DNA of 64,000 bases, taken from Bacteroidales bacterium (GTDB lineage: Bacteria > Bacteroidota > Bacteroidia > Bacteroidales > WCHB1-69). The notes under the pieces are model-generated. The model was given only the letters and a program-made list of their open reading frames with translations, searched no databases and had not been told where the DNA came from. This document shows positions 38,372-48,200 of this stretch, piece by piece; position 1 is the first letter of the stretch, and the number at the start of each line of letters is the position of its first letter. The position numbers were made by a program, and so were the translations under genes. The DNA is taken from the NCBI GenBank assembly GCA_023229985.1, contig JALNYF010000001.1:410-64409 (forward strand), given 5' to 3'.

Positions 38372-38914
38372 TTAAGGCTGAGGTAAGGAGTGATAATCTT
38401 CTTTTTTGATTTGATAAAGGGCTTCCCGCACCCATTCTCCCATCACGATTTTTTCAAAATATCTCACAAATTGCATGCCGGTTTTTTGCGCCACACGCAT
38501 GGAAGGAAGGTTCTTACAATGCATGTAACTTATTATTAAACTGTAATTTAAAGTATTAAAGGCATCATCCAAACAAGCTCGAGCAGCTTCCGTGGCGTAG
38601 CCGTTTCCGCAAAAGTCGGGTCGAATATGATAGCCAATTTCCGGTAGCAGGGTTCCTTCAATATTTTGCATCGTAATTCCGCAATCGCCAAGAAAAGTGT
38701 TATCCTCTTTGCGAATGACTGCCCACAAACCATGTTGATATTGTTGATAATTGGCGATATTCCACGCAATCCATTCTTTTACTTTTTCCACCGAAAATGG
38801 CGCAGGATAATATCTCATGGAATCGACATTTCCCAATACTTTCATCAATTCCGGTTGGTCGTCCGGAATCATTTCCCTCAGCACTAATCTTTGGCTTTCC
38901 AAGATCAATTTCAT
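38372..38914 (-). CDS. GNAT family N-acetyltransferase (RimJ/RimL-like)
   Basis: 'ESQRLVLREM' N-terminus and 'GNGYATEAARA' acetyl-CoA-binding-type motif. Confidence 0.8.
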   Translation of the reverse strand: MKLILESQRLVLREMIPDDQPELMKVLGNVDSMRYYPAPFSVEKVKEWIAWNIANYQQYQHGLWAVIRKEDNTFLGDCGITMQNIEGTLLPEIGYHIRPDFCGNGYATEAARACLDDAFNTLNYSLIISYMHCKNLPSMRVAQKTGMQFVRYFEKIVMGEWVREALYQIKKEDYHSLPQP

Positions 38915-38928
38915 GGAGTCAATATCTT

Positions 38929-40062
38929 TTACAAATAAATATTTTCCTTATTGATAACCGGTTGGGCATAAATGAGCAGAAAAATATCGCGCAATTCATC
39001 GTAATCGCCTATTAATGAATGTAATCCATTGTCCATATATTCAATAAAAGCACTCTTTTCACTTTCCGAATAGAAATCGTGGTATTTATAAGATTTTGCC
39101 CACAAGTCGTGAGCGATATAATTGGTTTTCCATAATTGATAATTGGCATAAACGCGATTATCAATGATTTGTGCCAATTTTTGATATTTGTTGTTTTTTC
39201 CCAATTGATCACAAAACAGTAATTCCTCATTGGTAATGCTGTCGGCAGCAACCAAATGAATGTGTCCTTTGGGTTGTCGGATGCCCTGCAGGATGCTGTT
39301 TAAATCTTCACCGGGAGCTTTTTCGTATTTTTGATATTTAGTGACGAATAGTTCTTGAGTTTTCAAAAAGTCGCAGGGTTCATATTCGTATGAAATTACC
39401 AATGGGGTGATATTGAGTTCTGCAAGATTATCCACAAAAGGTTTTTCGCTGCTGATAGCGAACATTTTAAGCACTGCCATTTCGGTTTTGTCATTTCCGT
39501 CCTTGGTTCTGCCATTGCGTTGAGCTATCCAAACAGATTGTTTTTTTTGGGTGATGGCGTAGCGCATATACGAAGACACTTCGATAGAATTTTTGTAGAA
39601 ATCGCGAATGTTTCCGCCACGCACAATACGGAACATCTTGTTCATTTTCCCAATGTCAATCACAATTTCGCCCTTCATTAAATTACTGCCGAAAGTGATT
39701 TCGGAAGTATCCAAATCAAATTGGAACAACACAATTTGAAGGATGGCAGCGTCCAACAGAATATCGCGATGATTTCCGATAAACATTCCTTTTTTATTGT
39801 TGGACAATTTCTCGAAGCCCTGTGTTGACAAACCGTCGGAGGTCATATTAACGATGGAATGAATGGCTTTTTGCATCACTTGCTTCTGAAATTGCTCAAC
39901 AGTTTGAATTTGCAGGAATTGTTTTTTATAATCTTCAAAATCAACTGAGGGAAAAAGATAAGCAATAATCTGAGAAAAAGCTGGATTATCGGCGACTCTG
40001 CGCACGGCAGCGGGTATTTCGGCATCGATGTAAGGGCGGGTTTTCTCAAAAATATTTTTCAT
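38929..40062 (-). CDS. PlsC-family (glycerolipid/lysophospholipid) acyltransferase-like protein
   Basis: 'FIGNHRDILLDAA' resembles the acyltransferase His-Asp box. Also 'RNGRTKDG'. 377 aa. Confidence 0.5.
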   Translation of the reverse strand: MKNIFEKTRPYIDAEIPAAVRRVADNPAFSQIIAYLFPSVDFEDYKKQFLQIQTVEQFQKQVMQKAIHSIVNMTSDGLSTQGFEKLSNNKKGMFIGNHRDILLDAAILQIVLFQFDLDTSEITFGSNLMKGEIVIDIGKMNKMFRIVRGGNIRDFYKNSIEVSSYMRYAITQKKQSVWIAQRNGRTKDGNDKTEMAVLKMFAISSEKPFVDNLAELNITPLVISYEYEPCDFLKTQELFVTKYQKYEKAPGEDLNSILQGIRQPKGHIHLVAADSITNEELLFCDQLGKNNKYQKLAQIIDNRVYANYQLWKTNYIAHDLWAKSYKYHDFYSESEKSAFIEYMDNGLHSLIGDYDELRDIFLLIYAQPVINKENIYL

Positions 40063-40099
40063 AAAAGATATGTTGTCTAAGTAGCTGTTTTTAAAAGAA

Positions 40100-41152
40100 T
40101 TAACATGATTTCTTTTGTAAAAGCATTGTATTTTTACAAGATTTAATAAGTTTTTCGAGTTCCATAAATAAATTATGTTCCATTTGTTGAAGGGTAAATA
40201 GAGTGTCGGACAATTCCATCAAAATTTCTTGAGTAATGACGGTTCCTTCGCGGGAGTATCTTCCGGTGATGAGCGAAACGGTGCGCCATGTATCTGCGAT
40301 TTTAACCATTTGTTGAGAAAGGGTGAGGAATGATTCGTTATTAAAAATAGTGGCAGTTTCTTTAAGGAAATCGGCGTAGATATAACGATAGCCGGAGCCG
40401 CCGGAGCCAATTTCCAGCATTCTGAAAAACCAAAGAAATTGGGTTCGCATCTTTGTCGGCTTAAAATGTGCCGCGCGTTTGCGTAAATATTTTGCCAAGA
40501 CACCGATTCCATGCGTCCCGTTCAAAGGAATGGGAGAACGAAGCATACTACTACAAGTTTTTTCGATGCCTTTAATGATTGCTTCTTGGATAGGAGGCGG
40601 CGTGGAGGGCATTTCACTGACATAATACAACTGACCGGAGATACAGGGCAGCGACATATTAAACCTTGCATTTTGCAAGTCATCGGGGGAGATGGTTTTT
40701 AACTCGCCTGTTTTCCCCAAATTATCAACAACTTTGTAAAGCCCATTTTCCTTTTTAACGACCAAAACGCTATGTCCGTTAAATCCAAATCTTTCATATT
40801 GAGATAGATACATTAAATCCTTCACAGATGTCAGCACACCTACGGGAATATTCTGACTGAGCAGCCGGTCTAATTCCCGCATTGATTTTTTCTGCTGAAA
40901 ATATGCAAAATATTTATATGTATAGGGGATTTTCATTCTTTTGAAGAAATTTCGGCAAATACTTCCATGCGGAGGTCTGGCAACCAAAACGTGAGACCCC
41001 TGATATTTGATGATAGAGACGTAGGCGAACATAATGCCGGAACCTATACCCAAAATCATTGGCTCGCTAATTTCGTAGCCGTGATAATGTAGAATATTCC
41101 GAACAGTTCCTGTTTCGCAATGAACAGGCTCTAAAATATCAAATTCTTCCAT
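40100..41152 (-). CDS. BtrH-N-terminal-domain-like protein (papain-like fold, ACP-dependent acyltransferase family)
   Basis: N-terminus 'HCETGTVRNILHYHGYEISEPMILGIGSG' is typical of the BtrH_N family. 350 aa. Confidence 0.5.
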   Translation of the reverse strand: MEEFDILEPVHCETGTVRNILHYHGYEISEPMILGIGSGIMFAYVSIIKYQGSHVLVARPPHGSICRNFFKRMKIPYTYKYFAYFQQKKSMRELDRLLSQNIPVGVLTSVKDLMYLSQYERFGFNGHSVLVVKKENGLYKVVDNLGKTGELKTISPDDLQNARFNMSLPCISGQLYYVSEMPSTPPPIQEAIIKGIEKTCSSMLRSPIPLNGTHGIGVLAKYLRKRAAHFKPTKMRTQFLWFFRMLEIGSGGSGYRYIYADFLKETATIFNNESFLTLSQQMVKIADTWRTVSLITGRYSREGTVITQEILMELSDTLFTLQQMEHNLFMELEKLIKSCKNTMLLQKKSC

Positions 41153-41255
41153 TAATGGTATGATTTGTAAATCATTTATAATCAGTGTTTATCAAAAAAA
41201 CGACTTTTGTAATTCAAGACGGCACTTCTTCAAACTGCTTGTACAAAAGTAGCGG

Positions 41256-41263
41256 CAAAAATA
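41256..41263 (-). promoter_or_regulatory. Bacteroidetes-type -7 box (TATTTTTG on the minus strand)
   Basis: caaaaata on the + strand, 104 nt upstream of the ATG at 41152, in the only sizeable gap (216 nt) downstream of the PKS operon. Confidence 0.45.
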
Positions 41264-41368
41264 CACAATTCTTCCGAATTATGGGAGGACTTATGTTTGT
41301 TCATAAAATTTATTGTATGAATAATAATCAGAGAATTGAGTCGATGATTAGTCAGTTCTTTAACATCC

Positions 41369-42697
41369 TTAATCCTTGATTTTTCTTTTATCAATAAATT
41401 TAATGGGTTTGCGTTTTATTTCGGGCATTTGTATTTTTCTGATGGTATCTATATCATCGAAAATGATATCTGGTGCGACACGCAGTTTGGCGCGAAACCT
41501 GTCTTTTAAATCTTTGACCATTTCTTCATCGTTAGGGAGGCGACTTCCGATTTTGACGGTAACTTGATCGGTGCCGATTTCGTTTGAACAAACTTCGACG
41601 ATGTAATTTTCCACATAATCCACATTATCCAACACATCGAAAATGGTAGCGGGATATAGTGTTGTTCCTTTCAGTTTAATCATTTGGTTTTTGCGACCGA
41701 TGATCGGGCTGATGCGCATTGAGGTTCGTCCGCAGCTGCACGGTTCGTAGTGGAATTTTGCGATGTCGCCGGTTTTAAAACGCAACAACGGCATTCCTTC
41801 GACGCCTAATGTAGTGATGGTTAGTTCACCGATTTCGCCTTCCGCGACAACGTGGTTTTTTTCGTCCAATAGTTCGCAAATAATCAGTTCGGGGTGATGA
41901 TGTCCGCCCATTCCGGCTTTGCACTCGCCAAAAGTGGTGCTCATTTCGGTAGATGCGTAGGTGGAATAGAGGTCAATATCCCATTTTTCCTTAATGTTTT
42001 TTCCTAACAGGTTTAATGAAAAATCTTGTTCGCGCAGATTTTCGCCGATGCAAATGGCTTTTCTAATAGACGAATTGCGATAGTCGATGCCGTGTTCTTC
42101 GGCGTAATTGATTATTTTTAAGATAAAAGAGGGGACGCAAACGATAGCGTTGGGCTTAATGCGATTGATGGTGTCCCATTGCAGTTCGGGGATTCCGTTG
42201 CCCACTCGAATGACACTTGCCCCCATTTTGCGAATGCCGAGGAAATAGGCTAAGCCAGCCATAAACCGTTTGTCGATGGTGGTCATCAGTTGATAGATTT
42301 CGCCTGGGTAGCCCGAAGCACACGTAAAAGAGATGGCTTCGTTGTATGCCAATCGTTCCAAGTCGTGGTCTGTCATGGCAAAAGTGGTCGGGTCGCTCAA
42401 TGTGCCGGAAGTAGTGATATAATCTACAATTTTTGATTTATCTACGCAATAGAAATCTTCGTTGTGTAGCTGCAAGTCCTCTTTTTGCGTAGTCGGAATT
42501 TGCTGTAGATCTTCCAATGTTTTTATTTTGGAAACATCAATTTTGTGTTGCTGAAACAATCGTTGATAAAAACGCGAATGGGCATTGAGATAGTCCAATG
42601 TTTCTTGCATTTTCTTCTCTTGAAAAGATTTAATTACTTCGCGGGGTTGATATTCAATATCAGGAGTAAACGCAGTGAATCGAGGCATCTTTATCAT
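41369..42697 (-). CDS. PaaK/coenzyme-F390-synthetase-like adenylate-forming ligase
   Basis: ANL-superfamily motifs 'ITTSGTLSDPTTF', 'STYASTEMS' and 'RFKTGDIA'. 442 aa, the short PaaK-type size. Confidence 0.75.
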   Translation of the reverse strand: MIKMPRFTAFTPDIEYQPREVIKSFQEKKMQETLDYLNAHSRFYQRLFQQHKIDVSKIKTLEDLQQIPTTQKEDLQLHNEDFYCVDKSKIVDYITTSGTLSDPTTFAMTDHDLERLAYNEAISFTCASGYPGEIYQLMTTIDKRFMAGLAYFLGIRKMGASVIRVGNGIPELQWDTINRIKPNAIVCVPSFILKIINYAEEHGIDYRNSSIRKAICIGENLREQDFSLNLLGKNIKEKWDIDLYSTYASTEMSTTFGECKAGMGGHHHPELIICELLDEKNHVVAEGEIGELTITTLGVEGMPLLRFKTGDIAKFHYEPCSCGRTSMRISPIIGRKNQMIKLKGTTLYPATIFDVLDNVDYVENYIVEVCSNEIGTDQVTVKIGSRLPNDEEMVKDLKDRFRAKLRVAPDIIFDDIDTIRKIQMPEIKRKPIKFIDKRKIKD

Positions 42698-42700
42698 TAT

Positions 42701-43567
42701 TTATTTCATTTTAAAAATTTCATTTACCCATTTCAGGAAAATCCATTTCCATTTTGCGGTATCGCCGGCAATTTCTTCGCTCATTCCATAGCCGTGACCG
42801 CCGGTTTCATACAGTTGGAAAACGTGTTTTATCTTCTTTTCTGTCAATGCTTTATCTAAATTTACACTATTCTGATACATCACAACGGGGTCATCTTTGG
42901 CGGTGACCAAAAAAGCGGGCGGCATATCGTCCGGAATTTGCAATTCCATCGAGAATTTATCTTGTTGTTCCTTGGTGAAGTTGTTGGTTAGTAGGTTTTT
43001 GCGGGAGCGTTGGTGGGCGATACTGTCCTGCATGGATACAACAGGATAGACCGGCACCACAAAGTCGGGGCGCAGGCTCACCGATGAATGAATGCCGAGG
43101 GGAGCCAAATAATTGTCGTTGGCAAATGCGCCGGACATGGTCACCAAATGACCGCCGGCGGAGAATCCCATTGTCCCTACTTGATATGAGTTAATCTGCC
43201 ACTTATCGGCATTTTCGCGTACGTATTGAATCGCGCGTTGCATATCTTCAATCATGGCGGGATGGTGATGTCCGTTCATTCCCACGCGATAGCGCAATAC
43301 AAAAGCGGTAATACCTTGGCTATTCAGCCATTCTGCCACTTCATATCCTTCCGTCTTAATTCCCATCAGGTGACTATAACTTCCACCCGGGCAAACAATT
43401 ACGGCAATTCTGTTGCGATTGGAATCAGGTGCGGGATAGACGTATAACTTGCTACCATAGCGTTTCATGTTGGGCACATCTTTCCACAGCAAGACGGTTT
43501 GGGACTGTCCGAACATGGCGAGGCTGGTTACAACAAGTAAAAGTGTGATAGTCAATTTCTTAAACAT
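42701..43567 (-). CDS. Alpha/beta hydrolase (esterase) with signal peptide
   Basis: Signal 'MFKKLTITLLLVVTSLAMFGQS', oxyanion 'VCPGGSY', nucleophile elbow 'GFSAGGHL', 'DDPVV', 'GGHGYG'. Confidence 0.8.
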   Translation of the reverse strand: MFKKLTITLLLVVTSLAMFGQSQTVLLWKDVPNMKRYGSKLYVYPAPDSNRNRIAVIVCPGGSYSHLMGIKTEGYEVAEWLNSQGITAFVLRYRVGMNGHHHPAMIEDMQRAIQYVRENADKWQINSYQVGTMGFSAGGHLVTMSGAFANDNYLAPLGIHSSVSLRPDFVVPVYPVVSMQDSIAHQRSRKNLLTNNFTKEQQDKFSMELQIPDDMPPAFLVTAKDDPVVMYQNSVNLDKALTEKKIKHVFQLYETGGHGYGMSEEIAGDTAKWKWIFLKWVNEIFKMK

Positions 43568-43584
43568 TATTCATGAATTAATCC

Positions 43585-43962
43585 TTATGCAGGAAAATAG
43601 GTTTTTATTTCATCTTCCGACAAAGTTTGGTAGCGCAGGTTGATAAAATCTCCGTTGGCATCTACCTCAAAGAAAACGCGGAACATCTCTTCGCCATAGA
43701 ATGACAATTTAGAGTTGGTATTGGGATTACATTCAATATAAATAAGTTGTCGGGGATCGATATTTTTTGCTTTACAGATCTGTTTTATAAGCGAGCCGGC
43801 GGCATAAGTGACGGAAGTTCCGGGGTTATCGTGGTATAATTCCGTTACCAATACGACGGTTTGGTTTTGATAAGATACAATTTTTAATCCACATTTTGAA
43901 GGCATTTCCCATTGTCCTTCAAAATCAAAAATTTCATCATAATATTTATCACAAACTTTCAT
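43585..43962 (-). CDS. Hypothetical 125-aa protein
   Basis: An ORF tightly packed in the operon (17-nt and 7-nt gaps). No motif recognised. Confidence 0.5.
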   Translation of the reverse strand: MKVCDKYYDEIFDFEGQWEMPSKCGLKIVSYQNQTVVLVTELYHDNPGTSVTYAAGSLIKQICKAKNIDPRQLIYIECNPNTNSKLSFYGEEMFRVFFEVDANGDFINLRYQTLSEDEIKTYFPA

Positions 43963-43969
43963 AATAGAA

Positions 43970-45253
43970 TTACAATTTTTTAATATTTCTAACTACATCT
44001 TTTCCGAAAGATTTATTTGCCAAATTTCTGTCGCGGGGTATGAAAGTACCGTCTTCCATTTCGCGAAGCATGACTTGCGCAAATAATTTGAACATTTTTT
44101 CTTCTTGAGATTCGTCTTGATAGAAAGATTTCCAAGCATACTCATACAATTCCTGTAATCTTTCGGGGGACATATTTTTCGGTTTGTAAACCACTTGACC
44201 GGCGTTATAATGATTCCAGTCGTGGTCGAAGATTCTGCCTTGTCGCATCAGGTCGTCGTAGGCTTTGGTATGCGGGAATGGTGCGAGGACGGTAAATTCT
44301 GCCAAGTCGAGGTCAATTTTGAGCAAGAAATCAATCAGGCGGAGGATGTCGTCTTCGGTTTGGTTGTCTAATCCGAGGAGAATGGTTCCTTCCACGCCGA
44401 TTCCGTAGTCGTGGTAACGTTTCACGCGTTCTTTGATATAATCGGAGGTGTCATAAACGGCTTGATAGACGTACCATGCGCCGGCTTGTGCGGCGAGGTC
44501 GAGTACTTCCGGTTTATCTTCTATGGTGTGGCTTATCCATTTTTTCTTGAGCGGAATCATTTCCTTAAAGAGTTGCATTTCCCATTCTGTGCTTTGTGCC
44601 AATGAGTTATCAACAATAAAGAGGCGGTTGTTGTCGATGGTTTCCAATTCTTCGATGGCTTTTTCGATGGGGCGTGGGCGGAAGCAGCGACCGCCGAGGT
44701 AGGAGACGGCGCAGGGGTAGCAGCTGAACTTGCAACCGCGGGAAGCATGGAACAGGTCCACCATTTGTACGCCTTTGTGATTGTATAATTCGCGTTTGTA
44801 CAAATCGCGGCGGGCAGGTCCCACCATCTCAATCGGGGGGTGTTTGCCCATAAAGTTATACACTTTTTTCAGTTTGTCGTTACGAAAATCTTCCAAAACA
44901 GCTTCCATTCTGCCTTCGGCTTCGCCCAAAAAAACAGAATCGGCATGCAGTAAGGTCTCTTCCGCATGCAACATCGTTGAAATACCTCCAAATATTACTT
45001 TTTTTCCTTTGGCGCGGAATTGGTCGGCAATTTCCCATCCTCTTTTAACTTGAGTAGATAGCATCATTGAGATGCCCACTATGTCGCAATCTACGTCAAA
45101 ATCAATGGTATCCACATTTTCATCTACAAAAGCCACCTCAACGTCTTCGGGCAGACAAGCCGCAAAAACTACCGGACCGTGAGGAGGAAGATTAAACGTA
45201 GTTTGTCCGGGGAGCTTGTTCCATTTAGGGTAAATTAATTGAAATTTCATCAT
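43970..45253 (-). CDS. B12-binding-domain radical SAM protein (class B)
   Basis: N-terminal cobalamin-binding-type segment ('IVGISMM...KKVIFGG'), then 'ASRGCKFSCYPC' CX3CX2C. The ATG at 45253 overlaps the upstream stop (TGATG). Confidence 0.8.
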   Translation of the reverse strand: MMKFQLIYPKWNKLPGQTTFNLPPHGPVVFAACLPEDVEVAFVDENVDTIDFDVDCDIVGISMMLSTQVKRGWEIADQFRAKGKKVIFGGISTMLHAEETLLHADSVFLGEAEGRMEAVLEDFRNDKLKKVYNFMGKHPPIEMVGPARRDLYKRELYNHKGVQMVDLFHASRGCKFSCYPCAVSYLGGRCFRPRPIEKAIEELETIDNNRLFIVDNSLAQSTEWEMQLFKEMIPLKKKWISHTIEDKPEVLDLAAQAGAWYVYQAVYDTSDYIKERVKRYHDYGIGVEGTILLGLDNQTEDDILRLIDFLLKIDLDLAEFTVLAPFPHTKAYDDLMRQGRIFDHDWNHYNAGQVVYKPKNMSPERLQELYEYAWKSFYQDESQEEKMFKLFAQVMLREMEDGTFIPRDRNLANKSFGKDVVRNIKKL

Positions 45254-48200
45254 CAAATTTTTTTATTTTTATTTTCTATTATACAATCATAAATTTTGTC
45301 ATCGGGCACATGTTGTTCATATACCAGATTCTTGGGTACGGACGTGCAAAATTGGGCGATAGAGAGCAATTCTTCGTCTTCATCAACCGCCGTAATGTGT
45401 AAGTCCTTTTTTATCAATGCCGCCAATAAGGTACGTTCCCCTTGTCCGCAATGTTTGATTAGCACATTTCCCCTGTTAGGCAACGAAGCGACAAATTGTT
45501 CGTTCCCTTTTCTATTCTTCAACACAGAACGTGCTTTTTGTGCCACTTCTCTTCCTTTATAGATGTAATTATGCCAAACCAAATCTTGATAATAGGCAAC
45601 ATTTTCAACGGTTTGTGACAATTTTTCGTATTCTTCTTTGAACAATTTTCTAAACAAACGAGCCATTTCCAAGGGTTGAATATTCTTTCTAAAATGAATA
45701 TCTTCAGAGTTTATTCTTTTTAAGATAGAAACAGTGACACCCCCTTTTCGTAACATAAATTCTGTTTTAGGCAGAACATAGCCGGTACCATGAATGACAA
45801 TGGGCAGTATATCCAGCTGTAGTTGCTGTGCCAACCGAAATGCGCCCTGATGAAATCGCAAAATGGAAAAATCTTCGGAGCGAGTGCCTTCGGGGAAAAT
45901 CAGAATGGAATACCCTTTTTCAACCATCTTTTTCAATTTCGAGTAATTTTCTTCCACCCCATCCCCCACAGGAAGGAAATCGGCGTACCGAACAATCATA
46001 CGATAGAACGGCATATTCCACGCCCAACGATTGGTGACAACGATGATTTTGGGCGAGAGCAGCAACGTGTAAAGTAAATCCAAGTGCGATTGGTGATTGC
46101 AAATAATGACGGAGGGTTGATGGAAGCGTTCGTTGTGCGGGTTAATCAGTTTAAACTTAACCTGCAACATCATTTTAGATAGAATGCGGAGTGTTGCGCA
46201 TAATAATATATGGTAGAAATTCTTGAGTTTTTCATTTTTATAACCGATGATGTAGAAAAAAGAGGTAAGAATTGTCAATAATACTGATGAAATGGCAAAA
46301 ACGATAAAAGACACAATGGTTTTGAGCAGGTTGAGCAAAGTAATCGGCATCAAACGCAATTTATCTTTTTTGCGGGTCAGCCATCTGAAAATGAGTGGAG
46401 GAATAATGTATGCCATCATTACAACGGAAATCATTCCCACAATCGTAACCTCAGCCAATGAGCGCATGGCGGGGTGCTTGGCAAAAATCAGCGTGCCAAT
46501 TCCAATAAACATGATCAAAGAAGAGAGAATAATGCTGTTTTTGAACTGTGCCAGCATTTTTTTTCCGGTGCGATATTCATACATTACCCCTTCCGTAACA
46601 AAAATGGTGTAATCGTCTCCCTGTCCGAAAATGAATGTTGCCAAGATAATATTCACAATATTAAACTTAACATCAAAAATTCCCATCAATCCGAGAATCC
46701 ATATCCACGCCAAGGTAAGGGGAATGAACGACATCAGCGCGATCTCGATTCTGCCGAAAGAGAATAAGAGAAATACCAAAACGATCAATCCGCAAAAGAA
46801 GAGAACATAGTTAAAATCGCCGGACAGAGCCTCCACCATTCGTGAAACGATCGAAGAATCTGTAAAGGCAAAGACATGTTCATTTTGCTGATTCAGTCTG
46901 TTCTCAATGTCAGCCTTTCGAGATTTATCAACAGATAAAACATTATAAATCATAGATTTATCATTATCTGTCATGACATAGCTTTCAGCTAAGTTTTGCA
47001 AAATAGGTTGAAAATATTCCGGTGGTTGCGGGGAGTACTCTTTTTCAATTATTGCTTTGCAAGGGGAAAAAGCTTCCGCTGTAAAACCGGCATTTTGGGC
47101 AGCGACCTTCAAATCATCCCAAAATTTTGCGTCTCGCCCCTTCCAAAATTCATTCCATTGTTGCAACCGGCGTTTCTGCATCTCGACAGAAGGCAAGAAG
47201 TCCCCGATGCCACTGCACTTTTTGATAGTGCTATCTGCCAATAATTGAGCAAGTTGTGGCTGTATTGATTCATTATTCTGTAAGGCTTCATTAAAAGTAT
47301 TTCCCTCTGCAACACAATAAATGGTTTGAACCGTGGTATCGGATTCCGCCAATATTTCATCAAAAGCGGCTTTTTGATCAGGTGTCATGTAGTTGATTTT
47401 GTGCATATTCGTTTCAAATGAAGTTTGAAAACTGAAGACAAAAAATACACACGTCAGCAGCAAAATAATGATCACAAACCATGGATGTTTTTCGGGGGAT
47501 AAATTGGCAATTTTTCCGAAGGATAATTTGTACGTTTTTTGCACAGATGCAACTCTCTTTTTCCCTAAAAAATGGGGAAGAAAAATGAGTACAAAAATGA
47601 TGGTGCCTATGAGTAATAAGGCGGCAAAGAGTCCCAAATCGCGCATGGCATCGGAACTAATGAAAAGAAGACTCAAAAATGCCCCGACCGTGGTGAGATT
47701 CCCAATCAATAAAGGGTTGACGATATCTTTGATAATCTGTTCTTTATTATCTGTTTTTTTAAAATGGGAAAGAAAATGAATGGGATAATTGACGGCAATA
47801 CCGAAAATGATGGAGGCGGCACCCACAGCAATGATTGAAATGGGATTTTTGAAAAGTACGATGATGCCTAAGGCTATAACTCCGCCAAAAAGAATGGAAC
47901 AGCCTATCAATAAGATACTTCTGAAACTTCTATAGTAGAAAATTAGCAATCCGATGATCAGGACAAGTGCCAACAATACGGCAATGAAACTGTCTTTTTT
48001 TATTTGTTGCGAATTGGTCAGCGATACCAATGATGCCCCGAAAGGGCTCATGTCCACTTTCCCGTTCATTGTTTTTTCAGCAGTAGCAATCGCTTTCTCT
48101 ATATGGTCAATCAGTATGGCATTATTAGATGTTTCGCTTACAGGATATTGAGAAGTCACCACTACGATGGCTTCATCACCCGTTTTATTAAAGATATAGC

